Origin: Rhynchobatus australiae
Lineage: Eukaryota
Reading direction: 5' to 3'
DNA: 64,000 nucleotides
Assembly (NCBI GenBank): GCA_034780895.1
Contig: JAUZTB010000057.1
Location: 8,846,021 to 8,910,020 of the forward strand
Shown here: positions 48,105 through 60,364 of the stretch, piece by piece
Position numbering within the stretch: the stretch's first letter is position 1
How the letters are laid out: every line of letters starts with the position of its first letter
Translations under genes and position numbers: made by a program
The notes under the pieces: generated by a model
What the model saw: only the letters and a program-made list of their open reading frames with translations
The model's database searches: none
Told to the model about the DNA's origin: nothing

Positions 48105-48650
48105 AGGTTTGGACTTCAGTACAGCACTGAGGGTGTGCTGCACTAATGTACATTCAAATGAGACACTAAAGAGCGGCACTTTCTGTAGTCTCAGGCAGAG
48201 TCAAAAGAATTACTTTGAAAAAAAAACAAAAATGCTGAAAATCTGAAACAAGAACAGAAAATGCTAAAACACTCAGCAGGTCAGGCAGCATCAGTGGGAA
48301 GAGAAACAGAGCTAACGTCTTGCTTTCCACAACGTTCTGAAGAAGTAAGTGTCATTGACCTGAAGCATTAACTTTTTCTCTTTCCACAGATGCTGCCTGA
48401 CATGCTGAGTGTTTCCAGCATTTTCTGTTTTTACTTTCAATATGCCCTGGGCCAATATTCATCTCTCAAGGAAGCATCAGTAATAACAGATTATTTCGTC
48501 CTTTGTCTCAATTCAGCTTGTGGGAGTTAGTGGTACACAAACTGGCTGGCAAGCTTCCTATATTACCATACTTCAGAAAGACTTTCTCAGTTACAAATAA
48601 GATTTAGACGTTTTAAGGACCTGAACAGCACAATATAGTATAAAAATCCT
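48105..48650 (+). mobile_element. SacSINE1-like SINE split by a Penelope fold-back element
   Basis: cagtacagcactgagggtgtgctgcact...[insert 48225-48440]...ggccaatattcatctctcaa...aacagattatt...tgtgggagtt. Confidence 0.65.
48225..48440. mobile_element. Penelope-derived fold-back element with arms of about 60 bp
   Basis: aacagaaaatgctaaaacactcagcaggtcaggcagcatcagtgggaagagaa is the inverse of ttctctttccacagatgctgcctgacatgctgagtgtttccagcattttctgtt; spacer holds CTGAAGA...GAAGcattaac. Confidence 0.8.
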
Positions 48651-51600
48651 TCACATAATTATGAAGCAAATATTTNNNNNNNNNNTCATTCTGTCTGGTG
48701 TTCAGCCGTTTCCACAACACAAATATTTCACTGGGGAAAATTGCTTATTTTTGCTGCTCTCTCACTGTAGAAGCAGAATTTAAGAAAACTTTTGTATTCA
48801 ATCCACTGCACTATTTGGACAGGCCAACAGTGTGGGAAACAGCGAAACAAAACTGAGTAGAGGATGATGAGAAAGGAATGATTAATGGAATGCCGCTGTT
48901 TATTTTACCTCGTATCCCATGGCAACCAGTAATGAGCTCAACATGTCCATAAAGGTTAAGGATGGTGGAAGCGCCATTAATCTCCTATTCAATCCTCTTG
49001 GACACAGCCAGACAATGGATTCTCCAAATGATTCACGCTCCCTTCCCCCACCCCACCAATCTTTGCTCCCAAAAACCACCATTTCCACCACCCCTCCCAG
49101 CACCGTAGCCCCAATGTGGATGTTTGCCTCCATGCCCCCTAAATCGGCTGTGATCCCCCCCACCCCCTTGACAAATTACAGAGGCAAAGTTGACCCCATG
49201 ATCAGCAAGCATGGCCTCAGAGCACTAGGCAGCTGCAGCCAGCTTTTTCTATACAGGATGTGACAATACGTTCTCCAGGCTCTCGAGCTGCAAAGCAAAA
49301 TTTACAAACTTTAAAAATCAACACTCCAGATTCTGCACAGGATGTAGAAGCACCAAGGAAACCAGATTGATGAAACCAGCCCCCTCCCCCCCCCCACCGC
49401 TTTTCGACCTGCTGCCAGCAGAGGGGTCAGGAGAGATGGCCTGCATCTGCTGGACAGAGCCACAGTTGTTGCAGGATCAGCTTAAGCCTTTATGGCTCTT
49501 TACTTGAATCAGCCCAGCTAACCACAGGTCAATGCACAGAGAACAGTAAATAGCCGCCAAATGTACACGCTCACAAAAATGTTTACGGGTTACTTAATTA
49601 GCAGCACACACCTGAGAACAAAAGTGGTCACTGCTGTTCGGTATACATTGCTCACACATCAATTTCAAACTGTTGAAGATTAAGGGTGAGATCATCTCCC
49701 TTCTCAACCACACACCGCAATTACTCTGCCCAACCTAAGCAAATGCAGAGATGCAATTCCTTCCCTAAACTGGGATTGGAACCTACAACCTTCCTTCTGT
49801 GCTACTGATTCCACAAGAGTGCATTGCCTTACAGTGGGGGCAGTGGCTGATCGCTTTCACTTCCATTACCCCAGTGAGGTTTCACTCCCAGAAACTGAGC
49901 CCAGCTAGGAAGTGCAGGGAAACTCAGCATCTCTACAAATAAATCAACTCAGCAAGGATTAACAGATACAGCTCCACTGGAAAGCTTAGTTGCTGCACTT
50001 ACAAAGGGGCTGTCAAGGTAGCTTTTTAGGGAAGAGCTGCTGACAGGTTACCNNNNNNNNNNNNNNNNNNNNNNNNNNNNNNNNNNNNNNNNNNNNNNNN
50101 NNNNNNNNNNNNNNNNNNNNNNNNNNNNNNNNNNNNNNNNNNNNNNNNNNNNNNNNNNNNNNNNNNNNNNNNNNNNNNNNNNNNNNNNNNNNNNNNNNNN
50201 NNNNNNNNNNNNNNNNNNNNNNNNNNNNNNNNNNNNNNNNNNNNNNNNNNNNNNNNNNNNNNNNNNNNNNNNNNNNNNNNNNNNNNNNNNNNNNNNNNNN
50301 NNNNNNNNNNNNNNNNNNNNNNNNNNNNNNNNNNNNNNNNNNNNNNNNNCCTCAAGTTAAGGACGTCTGTGTTCGAATCGTACTCAAGATGCAAGTGAAG
50401 CCCAGGCTAACAGCACACCATCATGTTTATCTGTTGGGCTTTACAAATAAGACAGGCGACACGTGCAGACTTGGACCAGGAGTGGAATGAAAGACAAAAG
50501 GGAGATGCAGGGAAAACCAATACATATTGGAGCCTGCCAACCATCTCACCCATGTTTTGAGGGGCAGATAAAGGCAAACGAGAGCAAGAGCCTGTTTATT
50601 CAGAGGAAGCAACTTCATTTCTTTATTTCAAAGTGAATTTTGAAAGCAAGCCAAATTTCTTGGAAATAAACTTATGAAAGTAGCACAGCTAAGGAGGGAC
50701 ATTGTGGTTGAAGGGGTCACTGGCTGACTATCACCTTCCCAGGAAGGGGAAGAAACAGAAATAGAGCATGGGTTAAGGAACGGCAACAGAAGCCACATCT
50801 GCCACACAATCCTTGGAGGTACAATATTTCTGTGTAGGATCCAGAAGAGCACTTATGCACCTGGACCCTATTTGCACCATAGAAGTCCGACACCAGTTCA
50901 TTTATTTAGAAACCCTCTTAGTCTAGAACTAGCCTCAAACAGGCAATGAAACACACGGTACAAGTCAGGTACCACCACAACTAACACCACACCTGCAGGC
51001 TTTGAAGTGCTTGTCTGCACACGCAAGGTTTTGCCTAAAATGTGAGTCACACCCATGATAGAGGCTCACACCTGGGCAAGTTACTGGAGTGCATTTTTAA
51101 ACCCCAGCTCAGCAGAGTGTCAATAATTCAAGGTGAGAATAGGGAGAATTGACAGCAACATATTTGCATTTAAAGAGAAGCAACATCAGTACAAAGGAGG
51201 GATGAATGCACTGGAAACAACTGCAACAAAGTTCCACAGACGCAGAAGAGAGAAAGCGCCACCAATATTGCAGATCAATGGGATGCAGGGTGAAAAGGGA
51301 TGAACACTTTCATGTTACTCACAGGCTGGTGATTTGCTTTATATTCTATTTGAAAGCTCAGCCAAACAGCAACTTGCCCAGGGGCTAGATGGCAAGTGGA
51401 AATTTCCATTCCGAGACACAGGTCCCAGACCCCAATTCTAAACAGCACTGAGATGGACTTGAAATTAAAGTATCTCAGTGAGAGGGAGATGCCAGCTTGC
51501 ACAGCTGAGCTCTGAATAGAACAGTGCTCCACAACATCAAAAGAAATAAAAGAATGCAGTAATCCTTATTTATGAATTCCAGAATCCAATTTCCTCTCCT

Positions 51601-53156
51601 GTCTTTCAAGTTGCCTCAAACGATAGCTGCCTCGGTCCAAGCAAAGCACAGCCTTGCTCTTGTTTGAAGACAAAGCAGGTTTGCACAGCCATTGAAAGTC
51701 TGCACATCACCACCCTCAGCAGGTCAGACATTCCCTTCCCTCAGCGGAACGTCAAGCATCTGCCCGGTTACACGAGGGGGCAAATTCCCAAAACGGCTGA
51801 CGTTTGTCAACGCTGTTCCGACCAGCAGATAGAACCCAGTCTTCGCAGCTGACTGCCACTCTTGGAATAAACAGGCAAAATATGCCTGTGTGCACCCAAA
51901 GGAAGCAAAACCCAACTGATTCATGGAAGCCAACTCTGGTCTTGAAAAGGACTCTGAACCCAAAGAGCTAGAGTTCTATTTGGCCCAAAATATGGGGAAA
52001 ATATGAGGGGGGANNNNNNNNNNNNNNNNNNNNNNNNNNNNNNNNNNNNGCATGTGCAACTTGAGAGCAAGACGGGTCAAACAAAGTTAAAAACAGAAAG
52101 GACAGTGGAAAATGAGAGGGGACCACATTGTGAGATAACAGGTAGAAGCAGCATGAAGCACAAACAATAACAGGCCAGTTGGGCCAAATGGCCTCCCAGT
52201 GTTGTGATTTCTGTTGTGAAGGAGTTCCGTCCAAGTAACAATAGGACCACCCACCTCTGAGGCGATTCCACCCCCAACCCCTATTCAAATATCACACAAG
52301 GAGATGCACACGTGGAAAACAAGCCCCACTGCAGGCTAGTTGAGTGAAAAGGGGCCTCTTCTGCACTATAGGTTTTGATTAAGAGCCCAAGAGCTGACCT
52401 TTCTGTTCCGTCTGCAGCTTGGGCTTTTGTTTCACCAGGTGTCAGCCACCATCACAAGTTGAACATTGAGCCACAGCAGTGCGAACCTCTGCACTGGCAC
52501 AGCCTATATATAGGACTGAGCCAGGAACACTCTGTGCGCTATTAGCTTACAGATGACAGTACTGTCATCAGGATTTCAGTAAAAGGCAATAGCGATCAAG
52601 AATAATCTTTGTACGTTTCACCCAAATGAACTGTAAACACGTTCAACTTTTATGGCTCAAGACTTCTCCCTTCCAAAACTGGAGCAGAGTGAGTGAGTAC
52701 CACAAGCAGGAGGAAATCCCAGGAATGTCCGACCTGCGACAGGGTGCGGGCATGGTGGAATACTGGACTGTTAGAATAGGCACATTGCAAATCAAGGACA
52801 TAGGTGCACAATATTTAAAGTGCATCAATTCACATGATATCTCCTACAGTGAAAGAATCCACAGTCAGCATTGGGCTCAGAAACAGCCACAATAGAGCTT
52901 TGATCCAACCATATTACCAAACTGTGACCCTTCTATAGAGCAGGGAGGCAGAAAATACAGGAGGGCTCTAAATTAAAACAAGGGGCCCTTTGGAAGGATG
53001 AAGTCATCGTACCTTCAGCTTGACACATCCCCATATGCCATGACTGCACGTTAGCTTGGAGAAAATGATCCAGGAGCCTTTTCGAGAGCAGTGGGTACAT
53101 GACAAGTGGAGGCTACCTGGGGGAAATCAGAGGGGTCCTTAAGATTCAAGAGACGG

Positions 53157-53209
53157 ACTGGTCATCAGTTGAGGCCAGCAAGGGAAACTGGCCTCAATTA
53201 GTGACCAGT
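53157..53209. other. 22-bp stem, 9-nt loop hairpin (pre-miRNA-shaped)
   Basis: actggtcatcagttgaggccag-caagggaaa-ctggcctcaattagtgaccagt: 19 Watson-Crick pairs, 2 G-U and 1 mismatch on the + strand. Confidence 0.6.
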
Positions 53210-54004
53210 GGATTTCATTCACCAGACAGTCCAGGCTGGGAGAGAAGAATGCATCAGAGAATGGCCCAGGAGCATGNNNNNNNNNNATCAACAGAGCACA
53301 GTCAAATGAGAAGAACTGTGGAGGACAAGTGGCAGAGAGAAGAGCAAAGGGTCTACAGTCCCAGCCACTTGACCGGAGCAGGAATGGACTGGAGCTAGGT
53401 CAACAAGTCAGGTCAATGAGCCGTGGAAACAGAACCCACACACAAAAAAAGGCATCAGACAAGGAGACCATCAGAAATTTAGTGACCACTTAACGAAAGT
53501 CACTTCACCGAGCCCAGGAACTAACACGGCCAGTGCTTTGTTCCAACCAGTAGTTGAGGCCGCCATCGGCAGCAGAAGTTGACAGGTGGGCAAGTTAAAC
53601 TGAATAGGTGGTGATATTAGCAAACAGCCAGGTGAGTGTTCAAGAGTGCATCATGTTGGCGCAAAAGCAGCTTCATTTAAAGTACTTAAGACATCATTTT
53701 AAAATTTTCTTTTCATAGTACAAAATAAAAATCAGACTCACACAAATTCCAAGCTCTCGCCTCAGTGCAATGCTCCTGGACTCATGCACACAAATTTCAC
53801 TATTAACAGTTGCCCCAAGGTTGAATTGCCCCAATCTCCACAGTATCCTCACTAAACCTTTGGCCATCTCTCCTCACAGTTCTTTAAAAAAAAACTGCGT
53901 CAAATACCCCATTTTCTCACACGGTTTGAAACGCAAAGGTTAAAGGCACTTTGAGAGTGCAAGCTGTATACTGTGGATATTCTACACTAGATGTCGACTT
54001 TAAT

Positions 54005-54285
54005 AAGAGGCAGTACAGCAGGTTGTGCTGCAGTCTCCTAGCTCAAGTGGCCTGGGTTCAATCCTGACGGCTGGTACCGTCTGCATGGAGTTTGCACACT
54101 CCGCTTGTGACCCCATGTGTTTTCTCCCGTCTCCTCCTACATCCCAAAAGACATGTTGGTTGGTTGAAAGATTAATTGGCCTGTAAATTACTCCTGGTGT
54201 AATTGGGTGGTAGGAGAACCAGGGTGGAGTTGATGGACGTGAAAGAGAACAAATTACAGGGAAATGAGAAAATAGCAATGACGGA
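54005..54285 (+). mobile_element. HE1-like SINE
   Basis: ctgggttcaatcctgac...gtctgcatggagtttgcacac...acatcccaaaagacatg. Confidence 0.75.
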
Positions 54286-54289
54286 ATTG

Positions 54290-54625
54290 AAGATTGAACA
54301 GGTTGGAACTTTATTCCTTGGAGTGTAGAAGGGGAGATTTGATAGAGGCTTACAAAATTATGAGGGGTATAGACAGTAAATGCGAGTAGGCTCTTTCCAC
54401 CTAGATTCGGAGAGGTAAGTACGAGGGGACATGGCTTTAGGGTGAAAGGGGAAAGGTTTAGGGGGAACTTCTTCACTCAGTGGTGGGAGTGTGGAACGGG
54501 CTGCCATCCGACATGGTAAATGTGGGCTCACTCTCAAGTTTTAAGGATAAATTGGACAGATACATGGAGGGGAGAGGTCTGGAGGGTTACAGACCAGGTG
54601 CAGGTCTGTGGTTCTATGGTTCTAT
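54290..54625 (+). mobile_element. Young CR1 3' fragment
   Basis: GDLIEAYKIMRGID...VGVWNGLPSDMVNVGSLSSFKDKLDRYM; tail ggttctatggttctatg. Confidence 0.85.
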
Positions 54626-54674
54626 GAGCTCAGGACATCCCAAAGCTCAGCAGCAAGTCTGCTCACAGATTCAC

Positions 54675-54985
54675 AGTCATAAGGAGATGCAGACCGGGAA
54701 CAGGCTCTTCGGCCCACCGAGTCTGTGCTGACCACCGACCACCCATTTACACTAAACCTACATAAATCCCATTTCTTTTATTCACCTCACCTTCCCATCA
54801 GCTACACTGCGCCCCCCCCCGTCAGATTCTGCCCACTCACCTACACACTAGGGGCAATTCACAGGGGCCAGTTAACCGACCAACCCACTCGTCTTCGGGA
54901 TGTGGGAGGGAATAAGAGCACCTGAGGTCAGGATTAAACCCGGGCCGCTGGACCTGTGAGGCAGCAACTCTGCCAACTGCCCCAG
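54675..54985 (-). mobile_element. HE1-like SINE
   Basis: ggaacaggctcttcggcccaccgagtctgtg...ctacacactaggggcaatt...gggatgtgggagg...gtcaggattaaacccggg. Confidence 0.8.
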
Positions 54986-54989
54986 ACAC

Positions 54990-55255
54990 AAAGGTGACCG
55001 TGATCTATTATAGTGACGTTGGTTGAGGCCGGATCATCCAGGGAGAATTCCCTTTCTCTTCCTCTCATCTCTCGGAATCACTAATGCCCACCTGACAGAG
55101 CAGGTGGTACCCGACTTTAATGTCTCATCCAAGCCCCGGTGCATCCAGCAGTGCAGCATTCCTCCTGCTCCACCTGGACCGTCAGTTCAAACCTCTGGAG
55201 TGAGTCCCACCTTCTGACTCGAGGTGGGAATACTTCCAACTCAAGCACAGTTACC
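54990..55255 (-). mobile_element. SacSINE1-like Deu-domain SINE
   Basis: gttggttgagg...cacctgacagagcagg...tttaatgtctcatcc...cagtgcagcattcc...tctggagtg...ccttctgactcgagg. Confidence 0.7.
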
Positions 55256-55809
55256 TGGTCACGGACAACAATGCCAGTGAGGAGGGCTCTGCTCCATCCG
55301 TTCTCTCATCTTGCAATGCCATTGGCCCATCCTGTAATGAACCCGGAAAACATTCTCCATACTTCAGATATTTGGCTCTTGAGGCTGGGAGCTCACGTCT
55401 CTGAGGGGCCGAGGGGAATGAGCTGCCCACATCCCTGCCAATGATGTCCTTGGCTGTTATTCTTCTGGTCTTCCTGTATTTCTTTGGGAATATTGATCCA
55501 TGTTGGTGCCACCTTCTTCCAAGCCCCAGGGCACGGAGCTCCTCACTGTGTCAAGCAAAGTGAGAGACAAGTGGCGCACACCTCGGCACCCCTTTGGCTG
55601 CACAGAGCATTGGTCAGGCCTTGACTGGAGCAGGGTGTTCCTTTCTGGTTCCGCATCTCCAGAAGGGATGGTGCTTGTCCCAGCAGGCAGTGCATTGCAA
55701 CCTCAACGCAAAGTTAATTGGCCGACAAGGTTAAAACCCAAGGTCAGCTTTCATTGGCTTGGTTGGTATCCCCCTGAATGCCGAAGATGTCGCCATCATA
55801 AGGACATGA

Positions 55810-56130
55810 GGGAAGGAAACAGGAGTTAACAAACACCCACTACGCCATTGCTGGTGTTTTATCTCAGCACCACTTTCCTGCACTAACCCTATATCCCTTC
55901 ATCCCCTTAATATCTAAAACCATATCTACCTCTGTTTTGAGTACCTGCTGCAACTGAGCCTCACAGCCCTCTTGGGTCAAAGAACTGCGAAGATTCACCA
56001 CTCTCTGGGTGAAGAAATTTCACATCATCTCTGTCCTGAATGACTAATCCTTTCTATTGACTCTGTGACCCCCTCATTCAAGGCCATCATCATCCCTGCT
56101 GTCAAACCCTGTCAGAACTCTGTATGTTAT
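55810..56130 (-). mobile_element. CR1 3' fragment
   Basis: ccactttcctgcactaaccctatatccctt...aagattcaccactctctgggtgaagaaattt. Confidence 0.7.
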
Positions 56131-56144
56131 TTTAAAAAGCATTT

Positions 56145-56302
56145 GGGCAGGCACGGTAGTGTAGCGGTTAGCGTAACACTATTACAGCGCCAGCGACCCG
56201 GGTTCAATTCCTGCTGCTGCCTGTAAGGAGTTTGTACGTTCTCCCCGTGTCTGTGTGGGTTTCCTCCGGGTGCACCGGTTTCCTCCCACATTCCAAAGAC
56301 GT
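56145..56302 (+). mobile_element. Young HE1-like SINE with intact Pol III boxes, running into a gap
   Basis: A box tagtgtagcgg (56157), B box ggttcaattcc (56201), V-domain core. Confidence 0.9.
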
Positions 56303-56559
56303 NNNNNNNNNNNNNNNNNNNNNNNNNNNNNNNNNNNNNNNNNNNNNNNNNNNNNNNNNNNNNNNNNNNNNNNNNNNNNNNNNNNNNNNNNNNNNNNNNN
56401 NNAACTTCTTCACACAGAGGGTGGTACCAACAGATGAGGAAATGATTACCATAGTGTTTATGCCCAAACTCTTAGTCATTCTTGTGGTTTTCTTTTGGTT
56501 AAACAAATTGTACTTAATTTTCAATTTATTCCTAATAATCAGTAATATCAGGAAGGAGT

Positions 56560-56840
56560 GCAGAGAATATTTACAAGGACGCTGCCAGGATTTGAGGGGG
56601 TGAGTTACAGGAGAGGTTGGGCAAATGGAGGAGGTTGAGGGGTGACCTCATCGAACCTAGAACAATGCAGCACAGGAACAGGCCCTTCTCACCACTGAGG
56701 GGCATCAAACCATGAGGGGTGAAGACACACAGTCTTTTTCCCAAGGAAGGGGAACTAAAAACGAGGGGGCATAGGTTTAACGTGAGAGGCGAAAAATTTA
56801 AAAGGGACCTGTGGGTCAACTTCTTCACACAGAGAGAAAG
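56560..56840 (+). mobile_element. CR1 ORF2 C-terminal fragment with a short inverted tail insert
   Basis: tttacaaggacgctgccaggatttgagg...gggtgacctcatcga...ggcataggtttaacgtgagagg...caacttcttcacacagag. Confidence 0.75.
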
Positions 56841-57234
56841 TGTTTGAGGCATGCACAATCACAACAGTTTAAAGACGTCGGTACCTCCCTACATCATGAT
56901 CACGAATGACTCTCAATGCTTGTATTCCTTGCATATTAAAGCCTTTTAGACAAGTTGACGAGCTTGCTCCTCATTCTTCAATGCTCTCCTCCTGTGCATG
57001 AATTTGTAAAACCAGGTGATTTAACTGAGGGGTTTCTGATCATGAAAAGGTAACAGGAAAGAAATAATTTCCTCTGACAAGTTGGCACCATCTTAAAATC
57101 ATGAGGGAAGAATCGTATCACGCAAAGGGGGGGGCAGAAATTTGGAACTGTCTCCCTCAAAGGGCCAGTGGGTAATCCTGGATCACTGGAGCAAGATGGA
57201 CAGTTTATCAAAAGCGGATTACTGCAGAGAGAGG

Positions 57235-58430
57235 AAATCAGAAATAAAAAAAACAGAAAATGCTGTAAGTACTCAGCAGGTCAGACAGCACCTGTGGGAA
57301 GACACACAGAATAACGCTTCGAGTCGACGATCTTTCATCAGAACTGGGAGAAGTTAGAAATAAAATGAGTTTCAAGTCGCAGTGAAAGGAGGGTGGGGCT
57401 GAGGTAGTAGAACAGGAGGTCCGTGACAGGCTGGAGACCAAGAGGGAATGACAACAGTGGTGGCGGTGCCGGAGGGGAGGGGGTGGTAAAAGTACGTCAG
57501 GAGGAGGTGTGAGCAGGAGACAAGAGGGAGAGAAACCCGTCTGCTTGAACTGCGAGAAACGAAGCAGGAATGGCTGGTCGTCTAATTTTGTGGAATTCTT
57601 TGTTGAGTCAGAGACTGAGGGGGGTGAGCTGACAGAAATATATAAAATTATGGGAGGCATAGATAGAATAGTGAGCCTTTTTCCCCATGGTGGAAATGTC
57701 AAAAACGAGAGGGCATAGCTTTAAGGTGAGAGGGGGCAAGTTTAAAGGAGATTTACAAGGGAAGTTTTTGTTTACACACAAAGTGGTAGGTGCTTCGGGG
57801 AGAGGTGGAAGCAGATATAACATCAACATTTAGGAGGCATTTATCTGGGAACATAAGCAGGCAGGGAATGGAGGGATATACAACACGTGCATGCAGATGG
57901 GAATGGTTTGTATTGGCATTACAGCTGTCACAGATCCTGTGGGCCGAAGGGCCTGTTCCTGTGCTGTACTGCTCCGTTCTACGAGTCCTGAGGGTTGGAA
58001 TGGACCAGGTCAGAAGGCAAGGTGCTGCTTCTCAAGATCTGCTGGAACGGTGTAGGAGGCAAAAGCTTGGAGTGGAGTGGGATGGAAACTTAAAATGACT
58101 AGACACTCGAAGCTCAGGGTTACTCTTGCAGGCTGAGCAGAAGGTTTCTGCAAAATGGGGTTTGGCTTCCTGATTACAGAGACCACAATGTGAGCACCAA
58201 ATGCGATACCCTAAATTGGAAGGGGTGCGAGTAGATTGCTGCTTGACCTGGAAGGGGTCTCTGGCTCCCTCGGTGGTGGGAAGGTTAGAGGTAAAGGGGC
58301 AGGTGTTGCATTTCTCGGGGTGCTCGGGACGGCGCCGTGAAAGTGAACGCTGGTGGAAACGGAAGACTGAATCGGTGGGTGGGGGGGGTCATCGGAATGC
58401 AGAAAGGAGAGGAGAAGACGTAACTAGTCT
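57235..58430 (-). mobile_element. Penelope-like element 3' part: GIY-YIG endonuclease remnant plus pLTR with hammerhead core
   Basis: Minus translation EKCNTCPFTSNLPT...FQVKQQSTRTPSNLGYRIWCSHCGL...PELRVSSHFKFPSHS...FQPSGLNKEF, followed by CTGATGA...GAAG core at 57317-57341. Confidence 0.8.
57610..57982 (+). mobile_element. CR1 3' fragment inserted into the Penelope element
   Basis: GELTEIYKIMGGIDRI and tail gggccgaagggcctgttcctgtgctgtactg; flanked by gagtc at 57605-57609 and 57983-57987. Confidence 0.85.
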
Positions 58431-59094
58431 CCCCATCTGTACTTCTACCCCTCCGCAGTCCCGTCCCCGCACTCCCACCCCCTCCCGAGTCCCACCACCT
58501 CNNNNNNNNNNNNNNNNNNNNNNNNNNNNNNNNNNNNNNNNNNNNNNNNNNNNNNNNNNNNNNNNNNNNNNNNNNNNNNNNNNNNNNNNNNNNNNNNNNN
58601 NNNNNNNNNNNNNNNNCACCCCCCTTCCCCCACCTCCCTTTTCCTCATCCTTTGTCTGGCCAGACAGCTTGGCAAAAACCAGGGCTGGAACACAGAGGCC
58701 TCCGTGCTCTTTGGGAGGCCAACTCCCCCTCGGTCAGTCCGTTTGGCTCTGGAGCAAATTCCTCGAGCGTGCGAGACGGGGTGTGTGCTGCTCACAGCCC
58801 TGTTCCAGGTGACACCACCCAGATTAGAAACACCTCCACAACAGGAAACTCAGCAGGGTCTGCCCCACTGCGGCTGACAGGAAGACAACTGTACGAACCT
58901 CCTTGCAAAACTCACACCAAAGATAGTACGTTTAGGCATGAAAGATAACATCACCAGAGGACTAATAATGAGCAATGGGTAATGAGGGGGAACCCCTTCC
59001 TCACCTCTTCAGGCCAAGCTAACCTTCAGCCCCTTCAGGTACTACTAACCCACGAGAAGATCTGTCTGTGTACTTCCCCTCACCCATCCGTCCC

Positions 59095-59560
59095 AACAAC
59101 CTCTCCATACTGGAGAGGGTGCAGGGGAGGTTCACCAGGGTGTTGCCAGGGATGTAGCGGAGACTGGAGAAGTTGGGTCTGATCTCCCTGGAGCAGACGG
59201 GGTTAAGAGGGGACACGACTGAGGTATATAACATTATGAGGGGAATAGATAGGGTTAAACTTTTCCCAATACCAAAGGGAGATAGAACTAAAAGACATAG
59301 ATTTAGGGTAAGGAGGAAGAGATTTAGAGAGGATATGAGGGGGACCTTGAAGAAAAGTGGTAAGTAACAGGAATGCCTGAGAGAGTGGTTGAAACTGAGT
59401 CACTGACAGTATTTAAGACATGTTTAGATGATCAATTTAATTGCTTAGGCAGAGACAGTTGCAGACCAAGTGCTTAGTGATGGGATTAACACAGAAGGAT
59501 GCCCGCAGGTTGGTGTGGACACCTTGGGACGAATGGCCTGCTTCCGCACTGTACAATCCT
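59095..59560 (+). mobile_element. CR1 3' fragment
   Basis: LEQTGLRGDTTEVYNIMRGIDRVKLFP...RFRVRRKRF; tail gggacgaatggcctgcttccgcactgta. Confidence 0.8.
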
Positions 59561-60139
59561 ACAACCAGACGTCTGAACTAAAATGCAGGCAGGAATTGAG
59601 GAGCAGGCCTCTTTCGGTCACGGAATAAGGGCTGCAGTTTCTGACAGTCCATTTGAGATGGAATATGCTTTGATGTAGGCCACAGGAGATGAGCCAAACC
59701 ATTGCCGTGCCTGACCGAACCCCTTTGGTCTTCAGTCCCAACCCTGCAAGTGTTTGATGGGGTGTCCAACAGCGCCACCCACTGTTGAAACACCAACCAG
59801 GCGCCTCTTATTCCACTTCAACTGGGAGCCCAGGCTTTGAGCCAAAGTTGTAGCATCAACTGAAGAGGAAACAGATTATTAGCAACAGCTCTCGGGAATA
59901 TTCACTTGGGTTTTGGGAGTTTGAAGGGAAATACAAGTAGTGGCTCAATTTATATCCCCACAGTTTGAAAGCTATTCCAAACAGTTGGCGATCAGTAGTT
60001 ACTTTTAGGTGAGCCAAGACTAACACAGTCTCCCCATAGGTTTTAACTAAATTGTAATAAAACTTTAACAGCTGTTAACAGCTCTGACATGTGATGTTAG
60101 GCCCTGGAATTTACCCTGCCACTATTTTTACAATTGGAA

Positions 60140-60310
60140 ACAAGAAGCTGGCGTCACTAAAAGTGACCTTGATACTTTCAGATTGCCGTTAAAATGCCAC
60201 CTGGTTTGCTCTTGTCCCTCAGAGAGGGGAACCAGCCACCCTTAGCCAGTCTGCTCCAAATGTGACTCCCGTCCTGCGCCAACACTGGTGACATCCAGTC
60301 GCCAAGGGGT
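60140..60310 (+). mobile_element. Old SINE-like core (family not named)
   Basis: aagctggcgtcactaaaagtgacc...cctggtttgctcttgtccctcagagagggg...atgtgactcc resembles a recalled shark SINE core. Confidence 0.4.
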
Positions 60311-60364
60311 GCTGAAGTGACAGGAGAACGAGTAGAGGGGAGAGGGGTAGAGTGGAGGGATTAC

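Noticed and set aside
48919-49263. 114-aa Pro/Thr-rich ORF on the + strand
   Set aside because: No recognisable domain or splice context; composition reflects C-rich tracts, and its ATG lies within an X-box-like motif.
49411-49430. CTCF-like motifs (also ~12586 and ~26529)
   Set aside because: Each has mismatches in the core; the number is compatible with chance in 64 kb.
56145-56220. tRNA gene
   Set aside because: A and B boxes continue into the V-SINE core, and a near-identical copy lies at 34330: a SINE head.
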